Part shown: positions 51,611 to 64,000 of the stretch, one piece after another
How the letters are laid out: each line of letters begins with the position of its first letter
How positions within the stretch are numbered: the first letter of the stretch is position 1
Source: Malacoraja senta
Lineage: Eukaryota
Assembly: GCA_038087875.1 (NCBI GenBank)
Contig: CM075995.1
Location: 6,884,001-6,948,000, forward strand
Length of the DNA stretch: 64,000 nucleotides
Direction of reading: 5' to 3'
The notes under the pieces: generated by a model
Databases searched by the model: none
What the model was told of the DNA's origin: nothing
The model's input: only the letters and a program-made list of their open reading frames with translations
Position numbers and translations under genes: made by a program

Positions 51611-52620
51611 GTCAATCAGCAGGAAGGGCGAGGTCAGGAGAAGTGGGATGATGTCATAGAGTGATATTTGCCCACACTGACCAATATGTCCCAGCTACAC
51701 TAGTCCCACCTGCCTGCGTTTGATCCATATCCCTCCAAACCTAAGATCTTATATCTCCAAAGATAAGCAAGAAAGCAACGTGAAATGAGAGAAATCAAGA
51801 CTGCTCTGTTTTAAGCAGCCCAAGTGAGATATGAGGTTCTGTTCCTCCAATTTGCATGGGATAAACATGGATAGAAAATGATGAGGGGGGATCTTATAGA
51901 AACATATAACATTCTTAAGGGATTGGGTAGGGCTAGATGCAGGGAAAATGTTCCCATTTTGGGGGAGTCCAGAACCAGGGGTCACAGTTAAGAATAAGGG
52001 GTAGGCCATTAGGACTGAGATGAGGAAAAACTTTTTCACCCAGTGAGTTATGAATCTATGGAATTCTCTGTCACAGAAGCCAATTCACTGGATGTATTCA
52101 AGAGAGAGTTAGATACAGCTCTTAGGGCTAACGGAATCAAGGGATATGGGGGGAAAGCAGGTACGGGGTACTGATTTTGGATGATCAGTCATGATCATAT
52201 TGTATGGCAGTGCTGTCTCGAAGGGCCGAATGGCCTACTTCTTCACCTATTTTCGATGTTTCTATGTTTTGAAGGCAAATGGGACTGTGGCATCTTTATC
52301 GGCATGGATGAGTTGCGCCAAAGGGCCTTTTCTGGGCTGTATGACTGTGACTTCAGGAATATCAGAGAGCAGGATGTAGTAACTCGACTTTGTCTAGTTT
52401 AGTTTAGTTTAGAGATACAGCACGGAAACATGCCCTTATGCCCACTGGGTCCATGTCGACTATCGATCCCCACACACTAACTCCATCCTACACACACTAG
52501 GGACAATTTACAGTTAGACCAAGCCAATAAACCTAGAAACCTCTACGTCTTTGGAGTGCGGAGGAAACTGGAACACCCGGAGAAAACCCACACAGGTCAC
52601 GGGGAGAACGTACAAACTCA

Positions 52621-53895
52621 CGAAACAGTTCCAGAAAAATTTCCAAAGTCCACAGTAGGGTAGGTGGTAAAATCCAGGGGTGCCAACTCTCACGCATTGA
52701 GCGTGAGAAACACGCATTTGGCCAAATTCTCACGTTCTCACGCTGATCACAAATTTCTCACACTCTGCCGTGAGAAATTCTGTGATTAACGAAAATTTCA
52801 AAACTCATATCAATTGAATCGGCCGCGGGTGTTGGAGAGCCGGGGCTGAGGGAGGGATGGAGGCAGAAGCAGCGGCGGGGGCAGATGCAGACTGGCGAGT
52901 ATTTGCCGGGGCTGGCGAGTGTTTGCCGGGCTGGCGAGTCGCACGCTGCAGCTCCGGCCATGCAAGAGTCAGTGCAAGAGTCCCGGGGCGTCGGAAGCGT
53001 TGCGCCGCTGCCATGAGAGTCTCTGTGCCGAATTCGCCCAGGTGACCGGCATGGATCAGGCTGCAGCTCAGAGCATCCTGGAGGACAACCAGTGGCTGCT
53101 GGAAATAAGTACCAAGCACTGGGTAGAAACGGTGGAAGACAGTGGCCTTCAAATGGGGGTGGTTGGAGAAAGCATCCTGCTTGCCTGCTAGATTTTCACT
53201 TACTGTAACTGCAGGAAAAATGTTCCCGATGTTGGGGGAGTTCAGAACCAGGGGTCACAGTTTAAGAATAAAGAATAGGACTGAGATGAGGACAAAATTT
53301 CTTCACGCAGATAGTTGTGAATCTGTGGAATTCTCTGCCACAGAAGGCAGTGGAGGCCAATTCACTGGATTTAGCTCTTGGGGCTAGCGAAATCAAGAGA
53401 TATGGTGAAAAAACAGGAAAGAGGTACTGATTTTAGATGAACAGCCATGATCATATTGAATGGCAATGCTGGCTCGAAGGGCCGATGGCCTATTCCTGCA
53501 CCTATTTTCTATGTTCCTATGCTTATATGGCAATAAAACTCGACCACTTGATTTTGAAGCATTCATGCATGGTGGAGGTATAATGTAGTCATAGAATGAT
53601 TCAGTGTGAAAACAGGCCCTTCGGCGCAACTTGCCCACACCCGCCAACATATCCCAGCTACACTACCTGCTTTAAAAATACTTCAAACAAAAAACATTGA
53701 AATCATACTTCTACAATGCATTGTAGATTATAATGCATCAAATTTCAAAAAGTCCCAACTGTGGGAGGGGACCCCCCCCCCTCCCCCCCCCCTCCCCCCC
53801 CTCTTGGTTGCTCCACTCCCTCGCCATGAACCCCAAAGGCCAGTAATCAGTGATCGATGAGCCTCCCCACTTTCAAAAATGCTCCGTGGCCTCTG
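52621..53895. mobile_element. Putative composite non-autonomous DNA transposon carrying a gene fragment
   Basis: Appears to split a SINE (…tacaaactc | gttcagacag…). Has a hAT-like CAGGGGTGCCAAC end with repeated tctcacg motifs at about 52675-52790. Paired TIRs were not resolved. Confidence 0.45.
52857..53104 (+). pseudogene. TDP2: Degenerate TDP2-like first exon (UBA-like domain)
   Basis: LCAEFAQVTGMDQAAAQSILEDNQWLLE resembles human LCVEFASVASCDAAVAQCFLAENDWEME. The ATG at 52857 is out of frame, the donor-like ataagt lacks GT, and no further exons were seen. Confidence 0.65.
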
Positions 53896-54541
53896 GTTCA
53901 GACAGAGAGCACTGCCAGATGTGAGCGGGGAACTGAGGCCAGTTGACCATGATGTCTGGATCCCAATGCTCGGCTCTTCGTGTTTCGGAATTGGCTAATG
54001 TTATTGATTTGTAATTAGCTTGATTTTTAATTAGTTGACAAAACCTTAATTTATTCATCTGGAATATCCAGGGGGATGGGATAAGTGTAATAATAAAATG
54101 ACATGCAAGGTGTCAGGCTGTCTGTCACAACATACAGCCCCGATAACCCATTATTTCCTTCAGTTAAATATTGGGAAGGTAGCACTATTGTCATTTGCCA
54201 CTCAACTATTATGTTTGTTTACCACACTGACTATTTCTAACCCCCCCCCCCCCAAATTCCTTTAACAGGTTGTATAGAAATGTCCCCAATCTCGTTGTTT
54301 TATTAATTGAACACGTAGATGAACATCCTCAAGGAGTGTAATCAGATGGAAACTGATTCAGATGCGATGTTTAACAGCTTGTTCAAATGAGGGCATTTTT
54401 TAAAGGAGTGATAGAGATACTTGCAGGGGAATGTGTGAGGAGGTTATTATTTGTCTTTAGTTTTAGCTTGAACCAGGACATCTGAAGATTCAAAGTTTAA
54501 TATAGTAATTGTGCTGATACTGACTCCGACCAACCACGTAA

Positions 54542-55283
54542 AGGGCCTGTCCCACTGCGGCGACCTAATTTGCGAGTTTAGAACAGTTTGCGCTTGACTT
54601 AAACTCACAGCATGATCGACACGTGGTCCTAGGAGGTAACTGTAACTCTCGTTCATGCTCGAGGGAAGTTCCCGCATACTCGAGGCCTCAGTTTGGTCGA
54701 GGAAAATTTTTCATGCTGAAAAATTGTCTGTGAGTAAATATTGGTCGGCATGGCTCTTCTGAACTCGTAGTGCAGTGGAGTGGGGTCGCTAGGCAGTCGT
54801 GGTAGCCGTAGGCAATCTCCTTCGCTGACCGGGCATTTTAATTGGCTCATTGGAGTTTTCAGAACCAAGGAAAACCGACTGGTAATGTTAAATGCTCGCT
54901 AAACGTTATTAAAAGTTGTCTGGCTTCTTAAAGGTGTCTCCACTCCTTCTCCACCCCCCCTTCTCCCCTTTTCTCCCCCCTTCTCCCGCCATCTCTCCCC
55001 CCCCCCCTCCGCGCTCTCTAAAGGACTTACCGTACACTGTGCCAGCCGTCTTTTACCTTCCTGTTCATTGCGGGTATGAATTTCAGACCCCGCTTTCCCT
55101 GGCACCCGCCTTTGCAATGTGTTTGTGTGTGTGTGTGTGTGTGTGTATGTGTGTGTGTTGACAGTCGATCCAGCTCGCGGTTTCATCGCTGACAGTCGAT
55201 CCAGCTCAAGGTTTTTCAGGCGAGAGCCCTCAAGCTTGAAGGTCGAAGACAGTTGCTGAAAAGCCGTTAATGGGACAGGCCCT
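54542..55283. mobile_element. PIF/Harbinger-like MITE with TAA TSD
   Basis: TAA|AGGGCCTGTCCCA ... TGGGACAGGCCCT|TAA. Confidence 0.85.
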
Positions 55284-55871
55284 TAATAAATATCATCCAT
55301 TCCGGAGGTTTAATTTTTCTGATGCCATTTAAACTTCACTTGGATTTCAATTACTTCAATGTAAAAGTAATTGGGAATGGGGAGCATTGGAACAAAAATT
55401 TGCCCTCGGTACATATTAACTGTAATATAATAATGTATGCATGTTGGTAGGTGCAATCAATACAAAGATCTTTTGATCTTTTGATCATTGTTGCGTTATG
55501 AATACCGCAGAAAATATTTTGTACTCTCAAGATCACATTTAATAGAATAATATTGCTTCAATATATAGTTATTGGACTATGCATTTAGGAAAAGTCCCAG
55601 CTGAGAGGAAGAGAGCAAAATACTGAAAATATTGGGGGTGAAAATGACTTCAGAACAGTTTGTTAGGAAAATTAAGGAAATGGTAACAGAATACTTATAC
55701 AGCTGAGGGAGTATAATTTTATGGATGAGAAATTGTGTTCAACCAATTGATGACTTATTTGACAAAGTAACTAGCATGTTAGATAACAAGGAAGCAAATG
55801 GATGTAGCAAATTGTGTTATACAAAATTTGGTCTGTGAAGTGCCCCATAAAAGATTACCGCATTAGATAAG

Positions 55872-56448
55872 TGTTACGACTCCCGAATACAGGTACTTCA
55901 GAGCCGCGTAACATAATTCAAAAACCAGGTTCAAGTTCAAAAGTAGTTTTAATTATTCAATGGAACACAAAACCTGATTCAAACAACCCAGTCAGGGATA
56001 TGGATGGACTGACAAACAATTTAACAGTGCTCCAGCCAGCCACGTGACCGTCGAACCGGAGACTCTAAAACCTGCCTAAAGAGATATAACCCTGAAACAA
56101 ATACACGAAAACACTAAGGTCAGCCCTTATCCGTCCCAATTCAATATTTGTTAATAAGTAATGGTGAAAGTACACAAAGTTCTATGCCAGGTGGCCAGGC
56201 CTTCCGCAGCTCACTCCAGCAGTCAGCTCACAAGTCAGGGTCGACGAAGAAGAGCCCGAATCCTGGGAGACTCTGGTATTTAAGCTTCAGATGAGTCACC
56301 CGTCACCTGACGCAGCGTGGCCAATCGGGTACAGGAGCCTTTTAACCCCTCGACTCCAGACTCACAGCCACAAGGCCTGCACTCGGGAAAGAAACAGAGA
56401 AAGGTAAGTACATAGCCTTCACCGGGGGGAGGGGGGAAGCGCCTAACA
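55872..56448 (-). repeat. 3' LTR (577 bp)
   Basis: About 10 substitutions and 3 small indels versus the 5' LTR by manual comparison. A G-rich PPT lies at about 56449-56462. Confidence 0.95.
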
Positions 56449-56533
56449 CCCCCACCCAAAGATACTGAATACGTTTCGGAAGAAGAGAGAAAAAACACCA
56501 CCAAATCCCAGAAACTATTCAGGAGCTAAAACT

Positions 56534-59500
56534 CTACTGGCGCGACAAGGCGTCAGCCAAGACATTATCCTTGCCACGGATATGCCTGACCTCCAGGTTG
56601 TAGTCTTGCAGCTGCAAACTCCAGCTCATTAACCACCGGTTCTTATTCTTCATACTATGCAAAAATACCATTGGATTATGATCCGTGAGTACGATGACAG
56701 GGACATTCGAGGAGCCAACATAAACCTCGAAATGATTCAGAGACATTAAAATAGCAAGATCTTCTTTCTCAATGGTGGAGTACCACTTCTGATGACGATT
56801 AAACTTCTTAGAGAAGTACGAAACTGGATGCTCCACCCCATCTGAATCATCATGTAGAAGGACTCCACCAACCCCATGATCACTAGCATCCACTGCCAGC
56901 TTAAATGGACGCTCAAAATCAGGTGCCGCAAGCACAGATGCGCGCACCAGAAGACTTTTAGTATGCTCAAAGGCTTGTTGACACTCTGCAGACCACACAA
57001 AAGCTACCTTCGGACTCAGCAAATCCATCAAAGGGGCAGCCACCGCAGAGAAGTTTGGACAGAATCCTCTATAGTACCCAACCATAGCCAGATACCTACG
57101 GAGTTCAGTCCTCGAGGTTGGAGCAGGAAATGCGACAATATGCCCCACCTTTTCCTTGAGAGTGCGAACCTGACCTCGGCCCACCACCTTACCCAGATAC
57201 GTTACCGTGGCCTGGCCAAACTCACACTTGCCCAGATTGATCGTTAGTTTTGCCTCCGCTAGACGATGAAATACCTCCTTCAGATGACCGATGTGTTCGA
57301 TCCACGACCTGGAGCACACAACCAAATCATCAAGGTATGCCTCACAGAAGGACAAACCAGACAATACAATGTTCACCAACCGATGGAAGGTTGCCGGCGC
57401 ATTGCGCATCCCAAATGCCATTACTGTGTACTGCAGAAAGTTATCAGGCGTAACGAACTCAGAGATCTCCCTCGCCCGCCTAGTCAAAGGAACTTGCCAA
57501 TACCCTTTTAACAAGTTCAACTTAGACACAAAAGATGCACTTCGCACACGATCCACGCAATCCTTCATTCGTGGGAGAGGATAGCAATCCGGCTTAGTTA
57601 CACCATTCACTTTCCGAAAGTCCGTGCAAAACCTGTCCTCCCCATTAGCCTTCGTAGCCAGTAGACACGGAGAACTCCACGGACTACAACTAGGTTCAGC
57701 AATACCATGCCGCAGCATATATTCAACCTGACTCCCTAGATGATGACGCCTGTCAGGGTTGACCCGATACGGATGCTGTTTAATTGCCGCAGCACCGGCC
57801 ACGTCAATGTCATGCTGCAGCACAGACGTCTGAGAAGGCACATCCGAGAACAGTGACCCATTTGACTCCACCAAAGCAAGCAGATCACCCCGCTGACTTT
57901 CAGTCAAATGAGACAACCACAAGGGAAGCGACTCCAAAGCGTCAGAGTTACACAGCCTTCCCTGCGTCACTGCCACAGACAACCGTGCCTCACCCACATC
58001 ACCACCCGTGTCAGGGGGCAGCACCACTGCAGCCAAAACAGGCTTAGACAAAACCGAAGGACACAGCACCTCCCCATCAACCTCCACAGGCTCCTGCTCA
58101 TGGTACTGCTTCATCATGTTGACATGACAGAGCTGAGTCTTACGCCTTCGATCAGGGGTACCAATAACATAATCCCTTTCACCAACCTTCTTAACCACCT
58201 GATAGGGACCACTATACCGAGCCTGCAGACTGGAACCAGGAATAGGCAACAACACCAGGACCTTGTCACCTGGAGAAAAATTCCTACTAGAAGCCTTCCT
58301 GTCGAATCACCCCTTCATCCTAGACTGAGCAGTAGCAAGATTACCCATTGCCAGTTCGCATGCCCTCTTCAGTCCAGACCGAAAGGTACAGACGTGGTCT
58401 AAAATACTACGTTTTGTATCCTCCTGCAACCATTTCTCCTTTAGGACCCTCAACGGACCACGTACAGTATGCGCGAACACCAGGTCAGCAGGACTGAACC
58501 CTAAAGACTCCTGCACGACCTCACGCACCGGAAACATAACTAGATGAACCCCCTCATCCCAGTCTTTTTCAAACTCCTGGCAGTAAGTCCTCAACATAGA
58601 TTTCAAAGTCTGGTGAAACCTCTCGAGAGCTCCCTGGCTGTCAGGGTGATACGCACTGGAGTAACAATGCTTAATATCTAACAACTTCATTACCTGACCA
58701 AAAACCTTCGACATGAAGTTGGAACCTTGGTCACTCTGCACAACCTTGGGCAAACCGAACAACGAAAAAAACTTAGTGAGAGACTTCACAATGGTAGGGG
58801 CAGTAATTCTACGCAAAGGGACCACCTCCGGAAAGCGGGTAGACGCACACATAATTGTCAATAAAAACTTGTTGCCCCCCTTTGTCCGAGGTAGAGGACC
58901 CACACAATCAACTAGAATCCGCTCAAACGGCTCACCGACCACAGGGATTGGATATAAAGGTGCAGGAACAATCGATTGGTTCGGCTTTCCTGCCACCTGG
59001 CAAATGTGACAACACCTGCACTGCTGTTTCACGTCCTTTTTCAACCCTGGCCAAAAAAAATTCCGTAACATCCGGTCATACGTCTTATTGACCCCCAAAT
59101 GTCCACCCTGAGGACCATCATGAGCCAAACAGAGTATCTCGTCCCTATACCGATGATGTATCACAATCTGATCAACCACGCTCCAATCATCATGCCCAGA
59201 TATATCCAAGGGAGACCACTTTCGCATCAGTAAGCCCTCCCTTAGAAAATACCCCTTTGCTGTGGAATCCATATCCCCCTCAGGCACCGCGCAGTCGAAC
59301 AGATCAGATAAACCTGGATCACTCTTTTGCTCCTCAACCAGCCGGTCACGTGACAGCGACACCGGCCCATTTCCAGACACTATCCCATCTTGAGATGTAG
59401 AAACACCCTTCACAACACAGGATCCATCATCCTGATCCCCCAAAATGCTCTCACTCAGGTCCACTACATCCCCAAACTTCGCCTGGCTCTTAGCCATAGC

Positions 59501-61087
59501 CCTCGTGACAGCACAAGCTGCAAACACCCTCGGATGCTGCATAGCCAATCTATCAGGACTCTGCACCATCGGAACAGCCGTCACCTCAGGAGTAACTAAA
59601 ACTCTACCTCCTGCCAAGTCATTCCCCAAAATTACAGAAACTCCCCCCACGGGAAAACACGGCCGTAACCCAACAGTTACCCGGCCTGAAACCAACTCGG
59701 ACTCGAGACTCACGGTATGCAAAGGCACTACCATGCCATCCATCCCGAATCCTACCACAGGGACACTTGACCCAAACGATGATTCCCCAGAAAACGGCAG
59801 TACACTATCCAATATAAAGGACTGAGTAGCACCAGTATCACGCAAGATGGATACTGGAACTCTATCACCCCCATCCTCCAGAGAAACAAAACCATTCATG
59901 ATGAACGCAGAATAATTCCTACACTCATCAGACTCAGGCACCTCAGGTACCACAGGTGCCTTCTGTGTACCCACCAAAGCCACAGGCTTTGCATTGTTCT
60001 GCTTCAGAACGGGACACGCCTTTAACATGTGCCCTCTCCCTCTACAATAGTAGCACACAGGACCTTCGTTAGTCCTCAAATTTCCGTCAACCTTATCAGC
60101 TCGGACCTCCCCCTGTGTCAACGTGCTGCCACTTGCAGGCACAGAAACACCTTTGACACTGCCACGGGCGACACCACCACGATCAACCGGCCTTGCACCA
60201 AAACTATAGGAGCGCCCAACAAAATCAGTTTTATGAGTCAATACATACTCATCTGCCAACACCGCGGCCTTAGACACCTCATTCACCTTCTGCTCATTAA
60301 GGTAAGTAGTAACCCTCTCAGGGAGACAGTTCTTAAAGTCTTCCATAATCATCAAGGCCCATAGTTGCCCAATATCCTTCACTCCTTGAGAAGCGCACCA
60401 CCTGTCAAAAAGTGCCTCCTTCTCCCTAGCAAACTCCACATAAGTCTGACTATCAAACTTCCTAAAGTGCCGGAATTTCTGCCGGTACGCCTCTGGAACT
60501 AATTCATAAGCCCTTAATACTGTAGACTTCACACACTCATAGTCCAGACTGCTTTCAACAGACAAAGACGAGTACACCTCCCGTGCTTTACCCACAAGGA
60601 CACACTGCAATAGCAAGGTCCACACTTCCCTAGGCCACTTCAAGGACAAAGCCACCCGTTCAAACACTGTGAAATACTTGTCTACATCCTTCTCACTAAA
60701 GGGGGGAACCAGGCGGATGTTCTTGCTCATATCAAACTCCCGTTCCCTAGAAGAAACCCGGGAGGCATCCAATTCCTTCTCCCGCAGCCTAATCTCTGCC
60801 CTCTTGGTTTCCTCCTCAGCCATTGCCAGCTCTAACTCCTTCAACCTAATGACTGCCTCCATGTCCTGACCAGGCTGAACAGAAGGTGTGGGACTGTTTG
60901 CACAGCCAGGCAAAACCTCACCCTCCACCAACGCAGCCCACAACACCGATTTAATGGACTGTTTCTTTGACTGTGGGTTAATAGGCACTTCATAGTTCTC
61001 TGCCAGAAAAATCAAATGCTCCTTCGTACATCTATCAAACAACTGCCGACTAGGAGCCTCAATAAAGTCCTTCCCTTTAAACTCCAT
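56534..61087 (-). pseudogene. Gag-PR-INT-RT-RNaseH polyprotein (about 1517 aa) with one in-frame TGA at 58307-58309
   Basis: SCAN-like gag (AYELVPEAYRQKFR), CCHC knuckle, PR DTGA, INT HHCC + D,D,E, GPY, RT YLDD, RH DAS..TDH..DALSR. The two listed ORFs are in the same frame: MKG*FDRK. Confidence 0.93.
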
Positions 61088-61237
61088 ATCAAATGTAGCA
61101 CCAAACCACCAGCTAAACCCTGGGCACCAATGCTACCACAAACAGGGAAGAAAAAGTTCCCTCACAACACAGACTTCCTCAGTCATTAGAAGCCTACCAA
61201 AACCCCCCCCCAAAACGTCTAGGGTCCTCAAAACTTA

Positions 61238-61250
61238 GGACGAGCCCCCA
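61238..61250 (-). promoter_or_regulatory. Primer-binding site, tRNA-Pro type
   Basis: TGGGGGCTCGTCC lies 3 nt after the 5' LTR and equals the first 13 nt of the known tRNA-Pro PBS. Confidence 0.85.
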
Positions 61251-61253
61251 TTT

Positions 61254-61841
61254 TGTTACGACTCCCGAATGCAGGTACTTCAGAGCCGCGTAACATAATT
61301 CAAAAACCAGGTTCAAGTTCAAAAGTAGTTTTAATTATTCAATGGAACACAAAACCCAAACCTGATTCAAACAACCCAGTCAGGGATATGGATGGACTGA
61401 CAAACAATTTAACAGTGCTCCAGCCAGCCACGTGATGGACCGTCGAACCGGAGACTCTAAAACCTGCCTAAAGAGATATAACCCTGAAACAAATACACAA
61501 AAATCACTAAGGTCAGCCCTTATCCGTCACAATTCAATATTTGTTAATAAGTAATGGTGAAAGTACACAAAGTTCTATGCCAGGTGGCCAGGCATTCCGC
61601 AGCTCACTCCAGCAGTCAGCTCACAAGTCAGGGTCGACGAAGAAGAGCCCGAATCCTGGGAGACTCTGGTATTTAAGCTTCAGATGAGTCACCCATCACC
61701 TGACGCAGCTTGGCCAATCGGGTACAGGAGCCTTTTAACCCCTCGATTCCAGACTCACAGCCACAAGGCCTGCACTCGGGAAAGAAACAGAGAAAGGTAA
61801 GTTCATAGCCTTCACCAGGGGGGGGGGGGAAGCGCCTAACA
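61254..61841 (-). repeat. 5' LTR (588 bp)
   Basis: Contains CCAAT (61714), TGACGCA (61701), AP-1 TGAGTCA (61685) and a TATA-like TTAAATA (61670-61676) in promoter order on the minus strand. Confidence 0.95.
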
Positions 61842-62231
61842 ATAAGCACCTGTGGACTTGGACGTAATAGGTTAAGTCCAGGGGGTCAGATATGGGGCTT
61901 CAGGTGTGGGCCAGATATATTGTCAGTACTGAGGGGCTAGGAGCAAGGCCAAGTGTGCACCCAAAGTCAAGGTCTGGAATAGTACTAGGTGTGTAGTCAA
62001 AGCTGGGACAATGGGAGTGTTCAGCACTGGGAACCTAAGCAGGTAAGCAGCTATGATCAGGGTAGAATAGGGGGCCAGGTGTAAGGCTAGACTCAGGGTC
62101 AGGAATGCGAGAAGGTATGCAAGGAAGGAAGAGGAGGAGCCAGAGGGCTGAGGGAGAGCTGAGAAGGGGAGGAGACGGTTGGGACTGCCTGAAATTAGAG
62201 AAGTCAATGTTCATACCGCAGGGGTACCCCA

Positions 62232-64000
62232 GTGGTGTGACCATAATATGGTCAGGTTTAATCTACAATTGGAGAGGGAGAAGGGTAGATTGGAGGTGTC
62301 AGTGTTACAGTTGAATAAAGGGGACGATGGGGCCATGAGGGATGAGCTGGCCAAAGTTGACTGGAAAGATACCCCAGCAGGGATGACAGTGGAACAACAA
62401 TGGCAGGTTTTTCTAGGAATGATACAGAAGGTGCAGGATCAGTTCATTCCTAGGAGGAAGAAAGATTCCAAGGGGAGTAAGGGGCGACCGTGGCTGACAA
62501 GGGACGTCAGGGACAGTATAAAAATAAAAGAGAAGAAGTACAACGTAGCAAAGATGAGCGGGAAGCAAGAGGATTGGGTAATGTTTAAAGAGCAACAGAA
62601 GATAACTAAAAAGACAATACGGGGAGAAAAGATGAGGTAAGCTAGCCAAGAATATAAAGGAGGATAGTAAAAGCTTCTTTAGGTATGTGAAGAGGAAAAA
62701 AATTGTTACGGTTGGACCCTTGAAGACCGAAAAAGGTGAATTTATTATGGGGAACAAGGAAATGGCAGATGAGTTAAACAGGTAATTTGGTTCCGTCTTC
62801 ACTGAGGAGGACTCAAACAATCTTCCTGATATAGTAGTGGCCAGAGGATCTGGGGTGACAGAGGAACAAGGAAATCCACATTAGACAGGAAATGGTACTG
62901 GGTAGACTGATGGGACTGAAGGCTGATAAATCCCCAGGGCCTGATAGTCTGCATCCCAGGGTACTTAAGGAAGTGGCTCTGGAAATCGTGGATGCATTGG
63001 TGATAATTTTCCAATGTTCTATAGACTCAGGATCAGTTCCTGTGGATTGGAGGGTAGCTAATGTTCTCCCACTTTTTAAGAATGGCGGGAGAGATAAAAC
63101 GGAATTATAGACCAGTTAGCCTGACATCAGTGGTGGGGAAGGTGCTGGAGTCAGTTATAGAAGATGAAATAGACGCACATTTGGATAGCAGTAACAGGAT
63201 CGGTCCGAATCAGCATGGATTTACGAAGGGGAAATCATGCTTGACTAATCTTCTGGAATTTTTTGAGGATGTAACTAGGAAAATGGACAAGGGAGAACCA
63301 ATGGATGTAGTGTACCTGGACTTTCAGAAAGCATTTGATAAGGTCCCACATAGGAGATTAGTGGGCAAAATTAGGGCACAGGGTATTGGGGGTAGAGTGC
63401 TGACATGGATAGAAAATTGGTTGGCAGACAGGAAACAAAGAGTAGGGATTAACGGGTCCCTTTCAGAATGGCAGGCAGTGACTAGTGGGGTACCGCAAGG
63501 CTCGGTGCTGGGACCGCAGCAATTTACAATATACATCAATGATTTGGATGAAGGGATTCAAAGTAACTTTAGCAAATTTGCAGATTACACAAAGCTGGGT
63601 GGCAGTGTGAACTGTGAGGTGGATGCTATGAGAATGCAGGGTGACTTGGACAGGTTGGGGGAGTGGGCAAATGCATGGCAGATTAAGTTTAGTGTGGATA
63701 AATGTGAGGTTATCCACTTTGGTATCAAAAACAGGAAGGCAGATTACTATCTAAATGGCGTCAAGTTGGGAAAAGGGGGAGTACAACGGGATCTGAGAGT
63801 CCTTGTTCATCAGTCTATGAAAGTAAGCATGCAGGTACAGCAGGCAGTGAAGAAAGCGAATGGCATGTTGGCCTTCATAACAAGAGGAGTCGAGTATAGG
63901 AGCAAAGAGGTCCTTCTGCAGTTGTACAGGGCCCTAGTGAGACCACACCTGGAGTATTGTGTGCAGTTTTGGTCCCCTAATTTGAGGAAGGACATTCTTG
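62232..64000 (+). mobile_element. Degenerate CR1 ORF2 (end of APE to RT), running off the window
   Basis: DHNMVRF, KSPGPD, YRPVSLTS, YLDFQKAFDKVPH and GVPQGSVLGP motifs; several stops and frameshifts. Confidence 0.92.

Larger units (their letters stand above)
55872..61841 (-). mobile_element. Full-length Gmr1-like Ty3/Gypsy LTR retrotransposon
   Basis: Two LTRs with TGTTA...TAACA ends, TSD ATAAG (55867-55871 and 61842-61846), PBS, PPT and a gag-pol with INT upstream of RT. Confidence 0.95.

Noticed and set aside
56534..61087. Ty1/copia element or endogenous retrovirus
   Set aside because: RT and RH motifs (YLDD, PWSSP, GPY) are Gypsy-type and there is no env. The tRNA-Pro PBS alone does not make it retroviral.

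Overview
Eukaryotic, repeat-dominated vertebrate DNA. HE1-like tRNA SINEs and HER1/CR1 LINEs point to a cartilaginous fish, probably a skate or ray (inference). Most of the listed ORFs are spurious readings of low-complexity or repeat sequence. Host-gene content: (i) one apparently intact two-exon ARMH2 (C6orf229)-like gene on the minus strand (51054-50853 + 50023-49602, 207 aa); (ii) a dead partial tandem copy of it at about 46.6-48.4 kb; (iii) a degenerate TDP2-like first exon (UBA-like domain) inside what looks like a DNA-transposon insertion at 52.6-53.9 kb. Mobile elements: the 5' part of an apparently intact L1 (ORF1, an 805-bp spacer, and the ORF2 endonuclease start running off the window); a 7.5-kb higher-order head-to-tail array and a convergent cluster of non-autonomous Helitron-like elements; a full-length Gmr1-like Gypsy LTR retrotransposon with PR-INT-RT-RH domain order, tRNA-Pro PBS, 5-bp TSD and one nonsense codon; Penelope fragments with minimal hammerhead-ribozyme motifs; Rex1/Babar and CR1 fragments; Harbinger- and hAT-type MITEs. 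There are no prokaryotic systems or CRISPR arrays. Gene and family names come from recalled motifs, not from database searches.
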